NCBI GenBank assembly: GCA_964016885.1
Contig: OZ024743.1
Span: forward strand, 177,630,001-177,694,000
Reading direction: 5' to 3'
From: Eledone cirrhosa
Taxonomy: Eukaryota
DNA length: 64,000 bases
The position numbers were made by a program, and so were the translations under genes. Below the pieces are notes generated by a model. That model saw only the letters and a list, made by a program, of their open reading frames with translations. It searched no databases and was not told the DNA's origin. Shown one piece after another: positions 56,431 through 64,000 of this stretch. The stretch's first letter is position 1. Every line of letters begins with the position of its first letter.

Positions 56431-56493
56431 TATATATATATACACATATTACCCACTCTACTACCCTAAGTATTGAGTACATATATATATATA

Positions 56494-56896
56494 TTTATCC
56501 CAGGATCAATCGGGGGTAACCACAGTAAGTAAGGTACTCAATACATAGCAGAGTATAAATATTTAATATAGAAATGGCTTCTACAGGACTAGAACTTCTT
56601 CATTCCTGATGATCCCCTCCGAATGAAACAGTTCTAGTCCAGTAGAAGCTCTCTCTCTCTCCCTCTCTCTGTATAGTATATATATATATATATATATATA
56701 TAGGAACGAGTATGACCCCGACGGCTGAGCTCAAGCCGTTTCGACGGCTAATTCTGAGTCCAGAATTTGCCGTCGAAACGGCTTGAGCTCAGCCGTCGGG
56801 GTCCTACTCGTTCCTATTACCCACTCTACTACCCTAAGTATTGAGTACTTTAGTGCGTTATGGTCCACTTGGTTCCTTACCACATTTCCTTCGTTA

Positions 56897-56897
<1 letters not shown>
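56494..56897. mobile_element. Family C copy (56494-56650) and family B copy (56700-56897)
   Basis: Homology to 9400-9580 and 501-697. Confidence 0.8.
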
Positions 56898-56947
<50 letters not shown>

Positions 56948-57384
56948 TAAGGAGCAGGAACGAGGTAGTAATACGGCGTTATTAGGTTTAATTATGTGTG
57001 GCACGGGTTTCGTGCCCAATCAGCTGTAGATACGATCGGTATTGATCGCAACCGACTCTAGAATCGATAGTTTATCTAGCCTATCAGTTTTGTGGATTAT
57101 ACACTGAAGTTGGAACTACAAAGACGACAAGAGTGGAATTATCTGAGGTGACGCATGAAATGAAGTCTTTCTTTCAAAGGCGCAATTTTATCTTTGGTAG
57201 AGGGGGGGGGTTAGAAAAGAAGACAATATAAAGGAACACACACACACACACACATACATACGCACACATAGATACACATACACATACGCACGCACGCATA
57301 TTTCAATTAGACACACACACACATACGCATATACACACATATTCACATACACACGCACATATACACACGCACGATAATTACTGG

Positions 57385-57520
57385 CATCCATTTTTAAGTG
57401 AGTACACTGGAGTAACGAGAGATGAAGTGTTAAGATCCGGAACACAACCGAGCCCAGTAATCGAACCCACGACATTGTAATCGTAAGTCCAACATTCTTA
57501 CCACCAGGCCACACGACTCC
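57385..57520 (-). mobile_element. tRNA-derived SINE head
   Basis: A-box TGGCCTGGTGG and B-box GGTTCGATTAC. Confidence 0.6.
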
Positions 57521-59188
57521 ACATACATTAATGGTCCTCATGTCTGTTGAATGCTCGGTCACTTAGGCATTGATCTCACGAGGAATCTGTTTTGTTTAAC
57601 AAACAACAGGTACAATCCTCGCTGAAATTGACGGGGATCCAATCCACTTTGTTGTGAATATTGTAACTTCTCTTTTTGTAAGTCTCACTCTCATAATATT
57701 GTCTACTCTAAATTAACCTCACATACTCTTCTGGGTCTCTTTCGTTCTTGGTATTTTTCTCTCTCTTCCTTGCTATTTTCATTCTTTTTTTTACCTACTA
57801 TGTGTTTTATATGTTGCGTTCATTTTTACAACTTGCAATTGGGAATCATATTTCCTAGTTATTGGTCTCGTGGAATATAAAATATTAATGTTTCTGCTAA
57901 ACATGAAGTAAACAACACTTTCAAAATGGACATTTAATAAACTTCTGTAAGGAAAGATATTTTTAAAATGTAGTACGTACTGTCCTTATTTGAGAACCAC
58001 TGTCTTTTATCTGAAATAGAAAGAACATCCGTTAGTTATAGAAGAGTATAAGAAAGCAATAATATGTACCTAATAGGTACACATAAACCAACGTAGGCAG
58101 AACAATAATACAATAATACAGACATCAGAGAAATAAATATTGTATTTCACGTCAAACAGTAATATTAAATTGTACCCCGCAAGGAAGAATTTATTTCATT
58201 GTTTCGATTTTTCACGTTACTATTTACCAGACCCACAGATACCTTCATTAGCTTTCTTGGAAGAAACTGTTTCGTTCCTACGTTCGTCTCTCACTTGTCT
58301 TGTGTTCTCGTTCAGTGTTCTAAAGTAAAATTTCCCTCACTGTGAGTTGAATATTTAATCCAATATCAGTGAAATCATTTCTATATATTTACTCAACAAC
58401 GGTCCTTTCAACAATCTGGTCTCGATGGGAGATTTGTAGTACTAATTACATTTCATTCTGTTGAACAGTGTACTTGTACTAGATCAGCATTCCAACTAGG
58501 GAATATTGATAAATTTGATATCTTATTTTCTAATCCTTATGATCCACAGATGTATGTGTCAGCAATATGGGATTCCTAAAATGACTATAATTAGGATTTA
58601 ATTTTTATTAATAAGAGTTTATCTTCTCGTTTTCTTGATGTAGGATAAGTACAAATGTCGTGCAGTTTTAAATTCTAAGGTTTTAAAGTAAGGAAGAGGA
58701 AAAATATCTTGTCACTCTGGTATTAGGCAAAAAACAACAACAAAATAATTGCCTACAGTCCAAGCAACAGCATAATTGTGTCTTTTCTTCTTTCTCTCAG
58801 AACAGGGCCAAGAACAAAAGTATAAATTTCTATACTCATCACACACGGCAATTTAATTTACCTACTATGCTCTTTCCAATTTAATAATTTTTAAAATAGT
58901 TTAGTTAATACGAAGCATTGTGAGATATATAAGTGACGGATAAGTTTGAGAAAGCCGATACAATGTGGTATGAATATACAAAGAGTAAAGGATGACAAAT
59001 AAAATGAAATAGAGTAATGTTTTACCCAGTATATTTCAACATAATATTTCAGGGATATAATCCACTTTTCAAATGGAAAACGAAAACGGTTCCGAACAAA
59101 ACGTCGAACGAACATCGATCATCACCTGCTTCCCTGAATTTAGGATTTTATATTACAATTTTTACAGGTTTAGAGGAGTGAGTCTGAT

Positions 59189-59219
<31 letters not shown>

Positions 59220-59261
59220 GTATGAATTATAAGAATCAAAGAACTGTTCAAAACAGTTTTA

Positions 59262-59308
59262 TGCTTACAACTGTTTCCTCCAAACCGAGGTTTGGATTCT
59301 TCGGAGCA
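59262..59308 (-). ncRNA. HHR with a U4C substitution, downstream of a possible GIY-YIG relic (59590-59860)
   Basis: tgct-CCGAAGA-aTCCAAACC tc GGTTTGGAg-GAAA-C AGTT G-TA^agca. Confidence 0.65.
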
Positions 59309-60293
59309 ATTTATTATTGAATGAACACTTATATGACCTCCTTTTCACCCAAGAGACATACAGATACATATGCAAATATTGTGGTTCAACATTCATTACA
59401 GCATTTAGTGTGGCAGTACACATTTAGAGATTACATTCATATTAAAAGATACAATCAAAAATACAGGTTAAAATACAACATGAAATTAAGCGGTTATATA
59501 GTGCAATGGTTATATGTGTGGCAAGCACGTGCGTCTTGTTTATATAGTGTGGCAGAGTGTTACGTGTAATAGAAGCACTTAAGCAGGTAATCAAGAGTGT
59601 TAAGGGGGTTGATCAGGTAATGAATTCTTCATATGATTGTTATAGCCTGTGTGTGGAGAAATAATATAAGTATTAAAAATAATGTAATCATTAAAAATAT
59701 TGGAAATGCGTAGCGAAGCGATGATATGGATTTCATGCACTGCGACATTTTCATAGTCTGGTGAGCGTATTTTTCAGATTATATGCCCCTCACATAATCC
59801 ACGACGATTCATATTGGGTGTTTGACAATCCAGTTAGAGAATCAATAAGGTAGTATATATTACTGCCTACCACTATTTAGGGTTTATAAAAATATATATA
59901 ACTACAAAAGGTTTTTGTATTTGCATAACCATAAATAGTATAATTAATACTATTAATACTATATATATGTATATATATATGTAATCTGAGTTTTTCTAAT
60001 ATTAATAATAATATTCGATTCGTTTGCAATTATGCAAACAAGCCTCATTTTTAAAGCCATGTCAGTAGAATGAGCCCCTCATTCTTGCTGTTGTGTTGCC
60101 ATTTTAACAGAACTGCAGACACTGTTTCAGGGCATTACCCTTCATCCGTACAGTTCACTTGCCAACTGTCAGATCTAGTGAAAATATATATTTTTTTAAA
60201 TATACAGTGACTGATCGGCCTGATTTGCATATTAGCAGACTGGCTGATCAGTCAGATCTGCATATTACCAATAAAAATTACGAAGACCGAAAT

Positions 60294-60438
60294 CTCACAT
60301 CTGTGAGAAAAACCACAAAGCCTCCACCTCAACTCTACTTTTGAAAAGCAGAACTGCGAAACCGGTAAAGGAACTAAATAAATATATATATATTTTTTAA
60401 AAATAAGACTCCAGTTGCATTTTCGATTTCATCTTTTT

Positions 60439-60441
<3 letters not shown>
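60294..60441 (+). mobile_element. Family A fragment
   Basis: Homology to 5305-5460. Confidence 0.75.
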
Positions 60442-60469
<28 letters not shown>

Positions 60470-60559
60470 ATGGAAAAATTTGAACAGGAACAAAACAGAG
60501 AGGCAGTACAACGAATGTTTATTAATTTCACGCTCTGGAGAGTGGGGTGGTGGTGGGGA

Positions 60560-60592
60560 ACGACGTTTCGGGCATAAGCCCTTCCTCAGGTG
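60560..60592 (-). ncRNA. Minimal HHR-like motif
   Basis: CTGAGGA-a GGGC ttat GCCC-GAAA-CG-TC. Stem I is weak. Confidence 0.5.
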
Positions 60593-60868
60593 AGAAGTGT
60601 GTAGGGGAGTGGTGGAGAGACATATAGCGAAAGGAAACGGTGCGAATGAAATTAAAAATAAAAATAAAAATAAAGCATGATCAAAATACAAGAATGAAAT
60701 AAAATTAAATATAAAAGCATGATCAAAATAAACTGAAATTAAAAAGGGGTAAAACAGGTGGTGGAAGGGTGTGGGGTGTGTAGGGGTGGTGGCGGGTGGA
60801 GTGGGGAGAGGGAGACGGGGTGTCTGAGCGGGGAGGGCTGAAGGTGGTGTGTGTGTGTGTAGGTGTAC

Positions 60869-60957
<89 letters not shown>

Positions 60958-62729
60958 TAAGGGTTGGGGGAAGAACGGGGTTCCATGTTCAGGAAGAGGT
61001 GTGTGTGGGGGTGGTTGTAGGTCGGAGTGTCTGCGCGTGTGTGGATAGAGGGGTGGGGGGAGAGGAATCAGGAGGCTGAGGGTGTAAATATGTGGTGGAA
61101 AGCACGCGTGTGTGGGGTTTAAGCGTGTTGTGGGTGTAGGTGGCGTGTGGAGAAAAAAATTTTTTGGGGTGTGTGGGTGAGTTATATAGGTGATTCCGTA
61201 GGAGGATGGTTGAAATGTTGGTAAATTCCTATATATAAATATATGTGTGCGTTTGTATGTATGCGTGTGTGTAAATTCTGGGAGCCAGATGTTAATAGAA
61301 CTGAAGGATTATGTTGAACTTTCATTTACGGTTAAAATAAAAATGGGAATTACAATATTTGTTTATTTTCATTCTCTATCCCTTTAATTCATAGTATACA
61401 TTTTTTTACCTTTACCACATTATCTTAATATACATCACCCCCTCTAATTATTATTTTAAATGATTCTTCCAATCTTCTTGATTAATTTTACACGATATTT
61501 CTTTCCACACATATATTCAATTTTTTATTCTACCGTTAAGTATAATACTAACACCCATCTTCCTTCTTTTAAATATCTCATATGTAATTAAAGTAATTAT
61601 CTCCATTTCATTATAGTTATGCCCCCTGCTATATATATACCTGCCTAATTCCAGTTTCATAACTACACCATTTTTTTAAAACGGTTAACTTCTTCGCATT
61701 GAAAATGTATTCTCATTTTAATTCCATCATTCATTTGTGGACTGGGTTGCTCCGTGTTTTACATTTATTGTAGTTCCTATTTTCGGTGACATATACTTTT
61801 GAATTATATGTTTTTAGAAGAAGAAGAAGAAGAAGAAAAAGAAAAATAAAAAGAAAAAGAAAAAGAAGAAGAAGAAGAAGGTTCTCCTATTTATAAAATC
61901 TGGAGTACAAAAACCACTAATGGTATATTAAGAACACAATTACCTCCAATTTGCTATTTAAATTATTTAAATTATTTTTGCCAGAAATTAGTCTTGAAAA
62001 TTGTGTTTGCTACATGATTCTTTTTTATGTTGAAACTACTTGTTTATTGCAAAGCGATCAGCGAGGAATAAATGTAAAAATAGCTAAAAGGATCAAGCAG
62101 GTGCATGGCCGTATTAGAATTGATCGCTAAATTAAGATAACGTAATACCCTCAAGTATAAACTGTCCACCTCCAAAATAATCTATCTCCAATACAATATG
62201 ACAGTAGGAAACAATGTAACAAATATGTTACATACACACCACTTAACAAATACACACAAATAACACAAATTTACTCTATGAATTAAACGTATAACACTCA
62301 AGAAATAGTGGAACATATGACAAAAAGAAAACACATGAACTCATCTTAGAACCATGCATTAACACAAATACTCTATCACAAATCTATTAAAAAAAAACGA
62401 AGAAAATAATATACAATAACAATAACCAACCATAATATTATATAACTGTCAATATGTATTTAAGCTAATGATTTATCATTGTATGTATGTATGTATGTAT
62501 GTATGTACTTCTGGTTTTATAATTTCACAAAGTTTTACCAATAGAGAGAGTCGGTTTCTAACATAGATATAAGACTCTCTCATTGGAATTTACACAACAT
62601 CAACTAGGTAGATATGTATGCATGCATGTCTAGGTATGGATGTTATTTTATGTGTGGATGTGGATGTTTTGTGTTGTATGTGTGCATGTGTATATGCTTT
62701 GCATCTGTACATTTGTATATACAGTTATT

Positions 62730-63070
62730 AGATGCAACATTTTTGGAATGTTTTACATATTTTTACTGTTCCATTAATGGATAACACTTGTAATTTCCTA
62801 ACTAGTTGTGTTCTTTCTGTTCCTGTGAAGCCCAGCTTCTCAAGATTTGTATTGAGGCAGTTACTAACATCCCAGTGCCCCAATAATCACAGGCATAAAT
62901 CTGAAGGTATAATCAGGGTGGAGTATCAGCAGATTTCTCATTAGTTCTGCATAAATGTTCTCCTTTTCGCTAATCTTTGATATTATATTGGCATCTGCTG
63001 GGCAGCTAACTTCCATTGTGCATTCCTTCTTTTCCCTGTCCCATATCATTATAACTGGTGTGTTATGCCT
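62730..63070 (-). mobile_element. R4/Dong-like non-LTR retrotransposon 3' end (restriction-like endonuclease)
   Basis: HNTPVIMIWD..EVSCPAD.N..K..EKENIY..PVIIGALG. Lies amid (TATG)n. Confidence 0.75.
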
Positions 63071-63474
63071 GCATGTATGTATATATGTATGTAGGTATGT
63101 AGGTATGTATGTATGTTAGTATATATGTTTGCTTATATATGATGCATGTTTGCATCTATATAAATATATGTATGTATACATGTTTGTATACATGTGGATC
63201 TACATATGTAACTCATTAACATTGAGAGAGTTTGCCGGCCTAGCCACAATTAGAATTTGTGTTGGAGCTCTGCAATGTATATATGGATGTAGGTATTGTA
63301 TATTTAATAATATATGGTATGATTATTTTAAAACATTTTTTAAAACATTTTTTTCCATTTATCTGAGGGTTCTAAATCCCATTATCAGGCTAAAATTCCT
63401 TTAGTCAAAAATACGGTGAAAGCTATTCTATTTTCTAATTTCAAACCTGCTCACTGTTTCAAAACAAACTTACT

Positions 63475-63521
<47 letters not shown>

Positions 63522-63731
63522 GGGTCACTCTTGAGTGCTACTGGTAACATGTAACCCAGTACAACCTGTCGCAAGCTCAGGTCGTCGGTGATTAAACCGG
63601 CAAACCCACCAAGTTTACTTAATGAGGAGGGTGATATTTGGACACTCTGCAGTACAAGGAACAAAACCTGTCAAAGGGCGGAAGAACTCATAAGAATCAA
63701 CGGCCATTCAAAAATGTTTAAATATGTATAT

Positions 63732-63779
<48 letters not shown>

Positions 63780-64000
63780 CAATAATAATGAGTTCAAATC
63801 TCAGGCGATCATTTACAATGAAATAGCTCGAAGAAAGAGTATTTCTGAGCCGTGTAATATAGGTTAACATAAATTTTTCACTGCTCCTTCGCTGAGCTGA
63901 ATTTAGCCCCATACAAACGGCTGTTATTTCTAGCAGCACGAATATGTGACTAGCTAGACACTGGATAACCGCATGAGGTTACCTCGTGCGCTAAACAGTC

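Noticed and set aside
51261-56482. Very long YI/HT/MC-rich ORFs, and similar ones throughout the window
   Set aside because: Translations of stop-free dinucleotide repeats.
57440-57520. tRNA gene
   Set aside because: A and B boxes only, with no convincing cloverleaf; better explained as a SINE head.

Overview
AT-rich, microsatellite-saturated animal DNA. It is most likely octopus, judged from memory of cephalopod tRNA-derived SINEs and (TA)n density. Almost all long ORFs in the track are (TA)n/(CA)n artefacts. Real coding content is transposon-derived: several Penelope-like element (PLE; RT + GIY-YIG) copies and relics, an internally deleted Tc1/mariner with perfect 26-bp TIRs, RTE-like LINEs with 5' inversions, a CR1-like 3' end and an R4/Dong-like RLE end. 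The only host-gene candidate is a 90-nt minus-strand exon resembling the end of the ALK/LTK glycine-rich domain. The main hidden signal is a dense set of minimal type I hammerhead ribozyme (HHR) motifs from about 10-12 unrelated repeat families. Most sit in short palindromic or partial-tandem elements inserted in (TA)n. Two families carry a compensatory U3-A8 core, and several palindromes fold back at ribozyme hairpins. All folds were done by eye and are untested.
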